A stretch of 64,000 bases of DNA from Candidatus Omnitrophota bacterium (GTDB lineage Bacteria; Omnitrophota; Gorgyraeia; Duberdicusellales; 4484-171), in the NCBI GenBank assembly GCA_020352775.1, contig CP070684.1, forward strand, positions 1,035,679 to 1,099,678. The letters are read 5' to 3'. How positions within the stretch are numbered: the stretch's first letter is position 1; each line of letters begins with the position of its first letter. Positions 27,195 to 36,093 of this stretch are shown here, piece after piece. Below the pieces are notes generated by a model, which did not search any database, had not been told where the DNA came from, and was given only the letters and a program-made list of their open reading frames with translations. The translations under genes and the position numbers were made by a program.

Positions 27195-27927
27195 CGTAAT
27201 AGGAGTAATTCCTGCACGCTACGCCTCTACCAGGCTTCCTTATAAATTGACAAAAAACATTCTTGGTAAGCCGTTGCTTCAATGGACATGGCAGAGTGCC
27301 TGCAGCGCGCATTCCTTAGATAAGATTCTCATTGCCTGTGATGATTCTTCACTTAAAGAGATGGCAGAAGGTTTTGGGGCAGAAGCAGTATTAACCTCAA
27401 GCGACCATACCTCTGGAACCGATAGAGTAGCAGAGGCAGTGAGTGAAATTGATGCTAGAGTGGTTATCAATATTCAGGCAGATGAACCCCTTATTCATCC
27501 TTCTGTCATAAACACTTTAGCCGAGGAGATGTTAGCCGATAGCAAACTTATGATGGGTACCGCAAGAAAGAAAATAGTTGAGGAGGATGAAATCAATAAC
27601 CCCAATGTGGTAAAGGTGGTAACCGATAAAGATGGATATGCTCTTTATTTTTCCCGTTTCCCAATTCCTTATCATAGAGAAGAGGTGGCTCAAAAACAAT
27701 ATGATAAGCATCTGGGGATATACGCTTACACTAAAGATTTTCTCTATGAGTTTAAAAATCTGCCTCCTTCATATTTAGAGCGGGCAGAAAAACTTGAACA
27801 GTTAAGGGCCTTGGAGGCAGGATATAAGATAAAAGTGATTGAGTCTCAATTTGATTCCTGGGGGGTTGACACTGAAGAAGATTTAAAGCATGTAGAAAAA
27901 ATATTGTCTGAAAGGGGATGCGCCTGA
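27178..27927 (+). CDS. kdsB: CMP-Kdo synthetase
   Basis: IPARYASTRLP, SGTDR, NIQADEP, YFSRFPIP, EKLEQLRALE. Confidence 0.95.
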   Translation: MSTMYNVIGVIPARYASTRLPYKLTKNILGKPLLQWTWQSACSAHSLDKILIACDDSSLKEMAEGFGAEAVLTSSDHTSGTDRVAEAVSEIDARVVINIQADEPLIHPSVINTLAEEMLADSKLMMGTARKKIVEEDEINNPNVVKVVTDKDGYALYFSRFPIPYHREEVAQKQYDKHLGIYAYTKDFLYEFKNLPPSYLERAEKLEQLRALEAGYKIKVIESQFDSWGVDTEEDLKHVEKILSERGCA

Positions 27928-27946
27928 GTGCGGGAGATAAAGAACT

Positions 27947-28735
27947 ATGAAAGAAAAGCATAAAGAATTTATCATTATTGCTGGTCCATGCGTGATCGAA
28001 AGCAAGAAGCTAACCATGGATATTGCCTCTTTTTTAAAAGATAAGCTTTCTTCTTATCCGGTTAAGTTTATTTTTAAGGCCAGTTTTGATAAGGCAAACC
28101 GCACTTCGCTTTATTCTTATAGGGGGCCAGGTCTGGTTAGAGGGCTTAAAGTATTAGAGGAAGTAAAGAAAAAGTATAAATTACCTATTTTAAGCGATGT
28201 GCATTGGCCTGCTCAGATAAAAATGGTTAAAGATGTTTTAGATGTAATTCAAATACCAGCGTTTTTAAGCCGACAGACAGATTTGATCATTGAAGCTGCT
28301 AAAACAAAGAAAACAGTAAATATCAAAAAGGGTCAATTCCTTGCTCCGGATGATGTACGCTATATCATTGAGAAGATAGAATCCACCGGAAACAAAAAAA
28401 TATTTATTACCGAGCGCGGGACGAGCTTTGGCTATCATAATCTCGTGGTCGATTTCAGGTCTTTTTTAATTATGAAAAAGTTAGGATACCCGGTAATTTT
28501 TGATGCTACCCATTCGGTGCAAAGGCCTTCGGCAGAGCCGGGGGTTTCCGGGGGAGACAGGGAGTTTGTTGATTCTTTGATTTGTGCTGCGGCTGCCTGC
28601 GAAGTGGATGGAATATTTATAGAGGTCCACCCTAAGCCCGAAGTAGCATTATCAGATAAACATACTTCCTATCCATTGCAAAAAGTAGAAAGATTGATTA
28701 AGAGAGTATTACAAATAAGAAAGGCGATACAATGA
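27947..28735 (+). CDS. kdsA: Kdo-8-phosphate synthase
   Basis: AGPCVIES, KASFDKANRTS, QIPAFLSRQTDL, ERGTSFGY, DATHSVQ. Confidence 0.96.
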   Translation: MKEKHKEFIIIAGPCVIESKKLTMDIASFLKDKLSSYPVKFIFKASFDKANRTSLYSYRGPGLVRGLKVLEEVKKKYKLPILSDVHWPAQIKMVKDVLDVIQIPAFLSRQTDLIIEAAKTKKTVNIKKGQFLAPDDVRYIIEKIESTGNKKIFITERGTSFGYHNLVVDFRSFLIMKKLGYPVIFDATHSVQRPSAEPGVSGGDREFVDSLICAAAACEVDGIFIEVHPKPEVALSDKHTSYPLQKVERLIKRVLQIRKAIQ

Positions 28736-29712
28736 AGCATTTGAAGAAAACAGATGTTTTGTATTGGGCTAAAGAGGTGCTTGAAATCGAAGCCGAAGGA
28801 ATAAAAAGCCTTACCCAGAGCCTGAACGCAGACTTTTTAAAAGCAATTGAGGTCATGGCGCATTGTAAGGGTAGAATCGTAGTAACAGGAATGGGCAAGG
28901 CAGGAATCATCGGCCAGAAATTCTCCGCCACTCTTTCATCTACTGGCACATCTAGTTTTTGGCTGCATGCTGCAGAGGCAGTGCACGGTGATTTAGGAAG
29001 AATTAAGGAAGACGATGTGATTATTGTGCTTTCTTACAGCGGAGAAACCGAAGAGGTAAGAAACCTTATTCCTTTCATAGAAAAAATCGGAGCAAAGATA
29101 GTCGCCGTAACCGGTAACAGCAAATCAAGCCTTGCGCGCTATGCTGACAGCGTGATAGCAGTAAAGGTTGATAAGGAAGCCTGCGCCTTGGGATTAGCGC
29201 CTACTACTTCAACCACAGCGATGCTTGCCATAACCGATGCAATGTCGGTGATATTAATGAAAATAAAAGGATTCAAGGAGAAGGATTTTGCCTTTTTTCA
29301 TCCCCGTGGTTCTTTGGGTCGTAAACTCCTTCTTAAAGTAAAAGATATTATGAGGAAAGGCAAGTTTAACCCCGTAGTCAGTGGCGATACTTTCGTAAAA
29401 GACGTACTGGTTAAAATTACTTCCTCTCATGCCGGGGCAGCGGTGATCGTAGATGCTCAAGGTAAATTAGTAGGAATATTTACCGACGGTGATTTAAGAA
29501 GGAATTTAGAGAGCCATCCCAATCTTCTTAAGAAGAAAGTGGGGTTGGTTATGACCAAAAATCCTACGGTGGTAAAAGATACTGATTTAGCCTCTGGTGC
29601 CTTAAAGGTTCTTGAGACAAAGAAAATAGATGAAGTTCCGGTAGTAGATAAAGATTATCGCCCGGTAGGTATGCTTGATGTACAGGATTTGATTGCGGCA
29701 GGAATCATTTAG
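28732..29712 (+). CDS. kdsD: Arabinose-5-phosphate isomerase (KpsF/GutQ, SIS + 2 CBS)
   Basis: TGMGKAG, EAVHGDLG, LAPTTST, FHPRGSLG, GIFTDGDLRR. Confidence 0.94.
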   Translation: MKHLKKTDVLYWAKEVLEIEAEGIKSLTQSLNADFLKAIEVMAHCKGRIVVTGMGKAGIIGQKFSATLSSTGTSSFWLHAAEAVHGDLGRIKEDDVIIVLSYSGETEEVRNLIPFIEKIGAKIVAVTGNSKSSLARYADSVIAVKVDKEACALGLAPTTSTTAMLAITDAMSVILMKIKGFKEKDFAFFHPRGSLGRKLLLKVKDIMRKGKFNPVVSGDTFVKDVLVKITSSHAGAAVIVDAQGKLVGIFTDGDLRRNLESHPNLLKKKVGLVMTKNPTVVKDTDLASGALKVLETKKIDEVPVVDKDYRPVGMLDVQDLIAAGII

Positions 29713-29717
29713 AGAAC

Positions 29718-30251
29718 ATGAAAAAAGATATTAAGAGTTTATTTAAGAAAGTCAAACTTTTGATTCTGGATGTTGATGGGGTACTTACCAAGGGAGAAAT
29801 TATTTATGATGATACGGGAAGAGAATTGAAAATATTCAATGTAAAGGACGGGTTAGGTATTTATCTTTTAAGCCGGGTAGGGATTAAGACGATTTTATTG
29901 AGCGCAAGAGACGGCTCAGTGATACGTAAGCGCGCCAAAGACATGAGTGTGGCAGAGGTAATTGCAGGGATTCTACCTAAAGAGAAAAACCTTGAGCGTA
30001 TCAAGAATTCTTATAAGGTTAAAACCGCAGAGATTTGTTTTGTAGGCGATGACCTTATCGATCTGGAATTGATGAAGAGAGTGGGCCTTGCGGTTGCAGT
30101 CAAAGACGCACCGCAATCTCTGCGAAGAGTCGCCCATTATGTTACTTCTAACCGCGGCGGAGAAGGCGCAGTAAGAGAAGTAGTTGATTTGGTTCTGGGT
30201 GCTCAGGGTTTGTTAAAAAAAGTAGAGCAGATATTAAAGGCGCCGCGTTAA
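29718..30251 (+). CDS. kdsC: Kdo-8-phosphate phosphatase
   Basis: LDVDGVLT, FNVKDGLG, VGDDLID, GGEGAVRE. Confidence 0.93.
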   Translation: MKKDIKSLFKKVKLLILDVDGVLTKGEIIYDDTGRELKIFNVKDGLGIYLLSRVGIKTILLSARDGSVIRKRAKDMSVAEVIAGILPKEKNLERIKNSYKVKTAEICFVGDDLIDLELMKRVGLAVAVKDAPQSLRRVAHYVTSNRGGEGAVREVVDLVLGAQGLLKKVEQILKAPR

Positions 30252-30318
30252 TTTTAAATATCTAGCTTTGAATAAGTTAGAGTTTAGTTGACTTTGAGGT
30301 CTATTTTGATATATTAAT

Positions 30319-31047
30319 ATGTTTTTCAATAGATATTTAATACTGCTCATAGTTTTTGTATGTAGTTTTTCCACCAAAGCTCATTGTGGTCGAACAATTA
30401 AAGATTTCTATCTTTCGGACTGTACTGAAGACGGCGTGCGTGAGTGGGAGCTAAAGGGAGACAGCGCTATTGTTGGCAATGAATACGTAGATATCGACAA
30501 GATGGATGCGACTTATTTTTCCAGTGAGGACACGATTAAAGTAAAGTCCCAGAAAGCAAAAATAGACAGAAAAAGCATGGATGTGCAATTAGAAAATGAT
30601 GTTTGTGTGGAAACCGAGGGCGGAATCAAGCTCATTACCGATTCTTTATGCTGGCAGAGAAACGACGATCTTGTGGAGACCGAAGATTGGGTAGAAGTCC
30701 AGAGAGATACGGCACAGATAAAAGCCAGGGGTTTATATGCCGATACCAACTTTAAAAATGTTTGTTTCAAGAAAGACGTAGAGGGAGTATTTATGGGTGA
30801 AGAAAAAAACGATGTAATTACAATCAATTGCATTGGGCCTTTAGAGGTACAATACAATGAGGGCAAAGCTGTGTTTTATAACAACGTAGAGGTTCAAAAA
30901 GAGGAAGGCAGATTGTGTTCTGATAAAGCGATTGTTTTCTTTGATGATGAAGCAAAAAAAATCAGAAAGATTGTTTCTGAAGGTAATGTGAAGATGGTTA
31001 GGGACGGTGATATTGCCTTTGGCGAAGAAGGCAGCTTATTTGATTAA
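30319..31047 (+). CDS. lptC: LPS export protein LptC with a fused LptA/OstA-like C-terminal segment
   Basis: N-terminal hydrophobic anchor, WELKG, LITDSLCW (LptC-like), then KAVFYNNVEV...IVSEGNVKM (OstA-like); between kdsC and lptB. Confidence 0.75.
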   Translation: MFFNRYLILLIVFVCSFSTKAHCGRTIKDFYLSDCTEDGVREWELKGDSAIVGNEYVDIDKMDATYFSSEDTIKVKSQKAKIDRKSMDVQLENDVCVETEGGIKLITDSLCWQRNDDLVETEDWVEVQRDTAQIKARGLYADTNFKNVCFKKDVEGVFMGEEKNDVITINCIGPLEVQYNEGKAVFYNNVEVQKEEGRLCSDKAIVFFDDEAKKIRKIVSEGNVKMVRDGDIAFGEEGSLFD

Positions 31048-31062
31048 AATATAAGGATAAAG

Positions 31063-31785
31063 ATGAAGCTACTTGAAGTTCATAGTTTAGTCAAAGCCTA
31101 CAATGGGAAACCCGTAGTAAGAGGAGTATCGCTTTCAGTAAAGAGAGGGGAAGTAGTAGGGTTACTGGGTCCCAATGGTGCAGGAAAGACCACTACCTTT
31201 TATATGATTGTAGGTGTTATTGCTCCTGATGAAGGAAGCATTCTTTTCGATAATCAGGATTTAACACATATGCCCATTCATGTTAGGGCGCGATACGGAA
31301 TAGGATATCTTTCTCAGGAACCGTCGGTTTTTCGAAAACTCTCCGTGGAAGAAAATATAAGAGCGGTTTTAGAGACTCTTCCTCTTTCCAAAGCAGAACG
31401 GGCGCGCCGCCTGGAAGAGTTGTTGGAGGAGCTGGGTATTTCACATCTAAGAAAGAACAAAGCCTATACCTTAAGCGGAGGAGAGACGCGTCGTTTGGAG
31501 ATTACCCGGGCTTTGGTGACCAATCCTTCTTTTCTTCTTTTGGACGAACCCTTCTCAGGCATAGATCCGATCGTGGTAGGAGAAGCAAAAGAAATTATTG
31601 CTGATCTTAAAAGTAAGGGTATCGGGGTATTGGTGACTGACCATAATGTGAGAGAGACGCTTTCTATAACCGATAGAGCGTATTTGATTGCGGAGGGTAG
31701 AATTCTTATTTCAGGTACCTCTTCTGATTTGATAAGTAATTCTAAGGCTAGAGAGATTTATTTAGGTAAAGATTTTAAAATGTAG
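31063..31785 (+). CDS. lptB: LPS export ABC transporter ATP-binding protein
   Basis: GLLGPNGAGKTTTFYM, LSGGETRR, LLDEPFSGIDP, TDHNVRETL. Confidence 0.96.
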   Translation: MKLLEVHSLVKAYNGKPVVRGVSLSVKRGEVVGLLGPNGAGKTTTFYMIVGVIAPDEGSILFDNQDLTHMPIHVRARYGIGYLSQEPSVFRKLSVEENIRAVLETLPLSKAERARRLEELLEELGISHLRKNKAYTLSGGETRRLEITRALVTNPSFLLLDEPFSGIDPIVVGEAKEIIADLKSKGIGVLVTDHNVRETLSITDRAYLIAEGRILISGTSSDLISNSKAREIYLGKDFKM

Positions 31786-31794
31786 TGAGGGTCA

Positions 31795-32682
31795 ATGAAA
31801 GTAGAAGTCAAAAAGGTTGATAAGCTAAAAAGGGCAATAAAAGTAGATATCGAAGGCGAAGCGTTCTTAAAGGAAAAAAAAGAAGCCTTTTGCGAGATAG
31901 GCAAAAACCTTAAAACTCCGGGGTTTCGGCCCGGAAAAGTTCCTTTAGAGCAACTCCAAAAACATCACGGCAAGGCGCTAAAGGAAGAGTTTTTAAAACA
32001 AGCCCTGCCTCTTTATTATCAAAGGGCGTTAGAGGAGCATAAGCTTTTAGCAGTAGGATTTCCCCGCATTTATGATGTGGAGTTATCTGATGAGCGCTTG
32101 AGCTTTTGCGCTGAGTTTGAAATAAAACCGGAGCTGGACATAAAAGAAACGGATTATAAGGGCCTGAAGCTAAAGGATAAAGATGCTACGGTAGAAGAAA
32201 TTGAGATTGAGAAAGTAATAACCAACATTAAAGAGGGGATAAAAAAAGTATCCCAAAAAGACTTAGCTGACCAAGATTTGTCTAAATGGGCAGGGTATCC
32301 CAGTGTAGCGAGGTTAAGGGAGGCGATAGGCGCCGAACTTATGGTTGAGAAGCTAAGGACAAGAAAACAAGAAATTGAAAATCAGGTTGTGCGTCAATTC
32401 TTAAAAAACATAAAGTTTGATCTTCCTCAAAGCGTGGTAGAAAGACACCATAAAGAGTTAGTTGAAAGAGAAATATATAATTTAAGAATGCAAGGGGTTG
32501 CCCAGGATGATATCGATAAGTATAAAAAAGAGGTTGAGAATAAAACACAATCCCTGGCAGAAGATGAGGTGAAACTATTTTTTATCTTGGAAGCAATCGC
32601 CAAGAAAGAAGATATAAAAATAGAAAGAAATTTGAGAGATGTTGTGTTAGGATTTATCTTAAGCTGTGCTGAGTATCAATGA
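31795..32682 (+). CDS. tig: Trigger factor, short form apparently without the FKBP PPIase domain
   Basis: GFRPGKVP ribosome-binding signature; C-terminal [11 protein letters not shown]; only 295 aa; upstream of clpP. Confidence 0.82.
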   Translation: MKVEVKKVDKLKRAIKVDIEGEAFLKEKKEAFCEIGKNLKTPGFRPGKVPLEQLQKHHGKALKEEFLKQALPLYYQRALEEHKLLAVGFPRIYDVELSDERLSFCAEFEIKPELDIKETDYKGLKLKDKDATVEEIEIEKVITNIKEGIKKVSQKDLADQDLSKWAGYPSVARLREAIGAELMVEKLRTRKQEIENQVVRQFLKNIKFDLPQSVVERHHKELVEREIYNLRMQGVAQDDIDKYKKEVENKTQSLAEDEVKLFFILEAIAKKEDIKIERNLRDVVLGFILSCAEYQ

Positions 32683-32698
32683 TCTAAGGGAGGAGGGA

Positions 32699-33298
32699 AT
32701 GATGAAAAATCAAATGTATGTTCCAATGGTGATTGAGCAGACCGGAAGAGTAGAGCGGGCTTATGATATTTATTCCCGGCTTCTTAAGGACCGCATAATT
32801 TTTATCGGTACTCCTATTGATGATGCTGTGGCTAACGTTGTAATTGCGCAGATGTTATTTTTGCAGATGGAAGATGTCAGCAAGGATATTAATATCTATG
32901 TTAATTCACCGGGCGGAATCATTACCGCTGGTTTAGCTATTTACGATACAATGCAATTTGTAAAATGCGATGTGGCAACTTACTGCGTGGGGCAAGCTTC
33001 TTCCATGGGGGCAGTCCTGCTTTGTGCCGGTGCCAAAGGTAAAAGATTTACTTTACCTAATTCTAGAATCATGATTCATCAGCCTTGGGGAGGAGTTCAG
33101 GGGAGTGCCGAAGATATTTCCAGACAAGCAAAGGAGATTTTAAAATTACGAGAAAAAGTAAACGATATTTTGAGTGAGCATACCGGTCAGTCTCTGGATA
33201 AAGTAAAAGTAGATACAGACCGGGATTATTTCATGAGCTCCCAAGAAGCAAAAGAATACGGCTTGGTAGACGAAGTAATTGTTCCTGAAAAAAAATAA
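32699..33298 (+). CDS. clpP: ATP-dependent Clp protease proteolytic subunit
   Basis: [37 protein letters not shown]. Confidence 0.97.
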   Translation: MMKNQMYVPMVIEQTGRVERAYDIYSRLLKDRIIFIGTPIDDAVANVVIAQMLFLQMEDVSKDINIYVNSPGGIITAGLAIYDTMQFVKCDVATYCVGQASSMGAVLLCAGAKGKRFTLPNSRIMIHQPWGGVQGSAEDISRQAKEILKLREKVNDILSEHTGQSLDKVKVDTDRDYFMSSQEAKEYGLVDEVIVPEKK

Positions 33299-33332
33299 TT
33301 AAAATTTAACACTTTAAAGAAAGGGGGATAGG

Positions 33333-34466
33333 ATGAAACGGAAGTATTTAATGACCCCAGGACCATCGCCAGTTCCTTCATTTGTGAGAGAGGCGCTCTC
33401 ACGTGAAATACTTCATCATCGTACAGATGAGTTTAGAGCAATATTAAAAGAAGCGCATGAGGGTCTTAAATACGTATTCTGTACACAGAACCCCGTTTTA
33501 GTGTTAGCCTCATCCGGCACCGGAGCAATGGAAGCTGCGGTGAGTAATCTTTTTTCTCCCAAGGATAAAGTCATAGCAATATCTGGAGGAAAATTCGGCC
33601 AGCGTTGGGCAGATATTGGCAAAGCCATGGGTTTAGATGTGATCGAGATGAATATTGAATGGGGAACTGCTCCTTCGGTTGAGGGGCTAAAAAGTCTCCT
33701 CGATAAGAATAAAGGAGTAAAAGCAGTACTTACCACTCTTTGTGAAACCTCAACTGCTACGGTCTATGATATTGAGGCAATCGCTAAGCTTACCAAAGAA
33801 AAGGATGCGCTTTTAGTAGTAGATGCGATAAGTGGTTTGGGCCAAGATAGACTTCTTACTGATGAATGGGGAGTGGATGTAGTGGTGAGCGGTTCGCAAA
33901 AAGGTTTTATGCTTCCCCCAGGCCTAGCTTTTATTAGTGTAAACAAAAGAGCGCAGGAGCTTATGAATAGTTCTGGGCTACCGAAATATTATTTTAACTT
34001 AAAGAAAGCCTTAAAGAGCTATGAGAAAGACGATACTCCTTATACTCCCGCAGTATCGCTTGTAGTTGGGCTTGGTGAAGCACTTAAATATATTAAGGAA
34101 GAAGGGATCCAGAAGCGCTGGGAAAGATTTGAGAAGATGGCAGCTGCTACGCAAGAAGCAGCAAAAGCTTTGGGTCTTGAGCTTTTTTCACAAAGGCCAT
34201 CTAGCTCGGCAACTGCGATTTCAGTTCCATCTTCAATAAAATCTACTGATATTGTGAAAAAGATGCGCAAAGAATACGGGATAAGCATTGCCGCCGGCCA
34301 GGATGACGTCAAAGATAAGATTATTCGTATTGCGCATATGGGTTGGATTAATGAACAGGATTTAATGATGTGTTTTTCACTCTTAGAGAAAGCATTAAAT
34401 GATTTAGGGCATAAATTTAAAGCAGGAGCATCAGTAGCCAGATTACAGGAGGTTTTATATGGTTAA
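33333..34466 (+). CDS. Class V PLP aminotransferase (AGAT/serine-pyruvate family), probable phosphoserine aminotransferase
   Basis: MTPGP, SSGTGAMEAA, VDAISGLG, SGSQKGFMLPPGL, RIAHMG; overlaps serA. Confidence 0.85.
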   Translation: MKRKYLMTPGPSPVPSFVREALSREILHHRTDEFRAILKEAHEGLKYVFCTQNPVLVLASSGTGAMEAAVSNLFSPKDKVIAISGGKFGQRWADIGKAMGLDVIEMNIEWGTAPSVEGLKSLLDKNKGVKAVLTTLCETSTATVYDIEAIAKLTKEKDALLVVDAISGLGQDRLLTDEWGVDVVVSGSQKGFMLPPGLAFISVNKRAQELMNSSGLPKYYFNLKKALKSYEKDDTPYTPAVSLVVGLGEALKYIKEEGIQKRWERFEKMAAATQEAAKALGLELFSQRPSSSATAISVPSSIKSTDIVKKMRKEYGISIAAGQDDVKDKIIRIAHMGWINEQDLMMCFSLLEKALNDLGHKFKAGASVARLQEVLYG

Positions 34467-36039
34467 AATACTTGTGGCTGATAAACTATCTGATGAAGGT
34501 GTAAAGATTCTACAGAATGCAGGCTTTAGTGTAGATTGTAAATATAAATTACCTCCTGAAGAGTTAAAGAAAATAATTGGCCAATATCAGGGAATCGCTA
34601 TTCGTAGTACAACCAAGCTCACCAAAGACATTATCGGGGCAGCAGACAATTTAAAAATTATCGGCCGAGCCGGAGTTGGTTTAGATAACGTTGATGTCGA
34701 AGCAGCGACCAAGAAGGGGGTAATCGTAATGAATGCTCCCGGCGGAAATACTATTTCTACTTGTGAGCATGCCCTCGCCCTTATGCTTGCGGTAGCAAGA
34801 AATGTTCCCTTTGCTCACGCCTCTCTTAAAAATAATGAGTGGGAGAGAAATAAATTTAAAGGCATTGAGCTTTATTCAAAAGTATTAGGGGTTGTTGGTT
34901 TGGGTAGAATCGGAAAAGAGGTGGCCAAACGCGCCCTTTCGTTTGGAATGGAAGTATTGACTTATGACCCCTTTATTTCGGAGGAAGTAGCGCAAATGCT
35001 GGGTATAAAACTTGCTTCTTTGGAAGAGATTCTAAAAGCAGCTGATTTCATTACGGTTCATACCCCATTAACCGCCGAAACCAAGGATTTAATTTCTGAT
35101 AAAGAATTTTCTATGATGAAGCCCAAGGCGTTTGTAGTTAATTGTGCCCGCGGTGGAATCATTAATGAAGATGCGCTCTATAGAGCTTTAAAAGAGAAAA
35201 AAATAGCAGGGGCCGCACTCGATGTTTTTAGCGAAGAACCGCCCAAGGGTTCTAAACTGCTGGAATTGGATAATATTGTGCTCACCCCGCACCTGGGAGC
35301 TTCTACTGAAGAGGCACAGGTTAATGTTGCAATTGAAATCGCCCACTGCATGAAGGATGCTCTTTTAGGTAAAGCAATACGTAATGCCGTAAACTACGTT
35401 CAGATGGATCCCGAGACATATAAGATCATTGAGCCTTATTTTCAGCTTGCAGAGAAGATGGGTAAATTCATTTCACAGTTGGCTAAAGGTGGAGTTAAAG
35501 AAATACGGTTATTCTATTTAGGGGAGATTTCTTCCTATAAAGTTGATGTGTTAGGAGCAGCGTTTGTAAAAGGATTCCTTGCCAATCAACTCGAAGAAGA
35601 CCTAAATTACATCAATGCTTTAGAAGTCGCTAAGGCACGTGGAGTTAAGGTAGAGCAGATAAAGATTAGGGAAGAAGAAGAGTATGTAAATTCTATTAGA
35701 GTAAAAATCATTACCGATAAAGAGGAGAGGTTGTTGGAAGGAACTCTTTTTGCCAACCGCGAAGCTCGTTTTGTAAAGATGGATGATGTTTATATTGAGA
35801 TTGCACCCAGCGAGCATATGATGGTAATCAACAATCAGGATAAGCCTGGTGTGGTGGGATTTGTAGGCACCTCGCTTGGTTCTCATAAGATAAACATTGC
35901 CGGTATGAGTCTGGGAAGAAAAGCGCCACAGGGCATTGCAGTTACGATTTTTAATTTAGACAATCCTTTGACCGAGGCAGTGAAGAAAGAAATTTCTTCT
36001 AATCCCAATATTGTTTCCTTAACACCCGTAAAATTATAA
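34459..36039 (+). CDS. serA: D-3-phosphoglycerate dehydrogenase (with ASB and ACT domains)
   Basis: GRAGVGLDNVD, GLGRIG, NCARGG, TPHLGASTEEAQ, DKPG ACT domain. Confidence 0.95.
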   Translation: MVKILVADKLSDEGVKILQNAGFSVDCKYKLPPEELKKIIGQYQGIAIRSTTKLTKDIIGAADNLKIIGRAGVGLDNVDVEAATKKGVIVMNAPGGNTISTCEHALALMLAVARNVPFAHASLKNNEWERNKFKGIELYSKVLGVVGLGRIGKEVAKRALSFGMEVLTYDPFISEEVAQMLGIKLASLEEILKAADFITVHTPLTAETKDLISDKEFSMMKPKAFVVNCARGGIINEDALYRALKEKKIAGAALDVFSEEPPKGSKLLELDNIVLTPHLGASTEEAQVNVAIEIAHCMKDALLGKAIRNAVNYVQMDPETYKIIEPYFQLAEKMGKFISQLAKGGVKEIRLFYLGEISSYKVDVLGAAFVKGFLANQLEEDLNYINALEVAKARGVKVEQIKIREEEEYVNSIRVKIITDKEERLLEGTLFANREARFVKMDDVYIEIAPSEHMMVINNQDKPGVVGFVGTSLGSHKINIAGMSLGRKAPQGIAVTIFNLDNPLTEAVKKEISSNPNIVSLTPVKL

Positions 36040-36093
36040 AGCAAAGATAAAAAGGGCATAGATTGCCTGGATAGATATAAAAAGGGGGATTTT

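Noticed and set aside
27918-27950. 10-codon ORF MRLSAGDKEL bridging kdsB and kdsA with an ATGA overlap
   Set aside because: The SD-like sequence abuts the ATG, the ORF is very short and nothing else supports it
30288-30321. Leaderless promoter for lptC (TTGACT-16-TATATT)
   Set aside because: The -10 ends only 3 nt before the ATG, too close for the transcript to include this start; left unresolved
36051-36067. GGCA...TTGC resembling a sigma54 promoter before the citrate synthase-like gene
   Set aside because: GG-to-GC spacing does not fit the strict -24/-12 geometry
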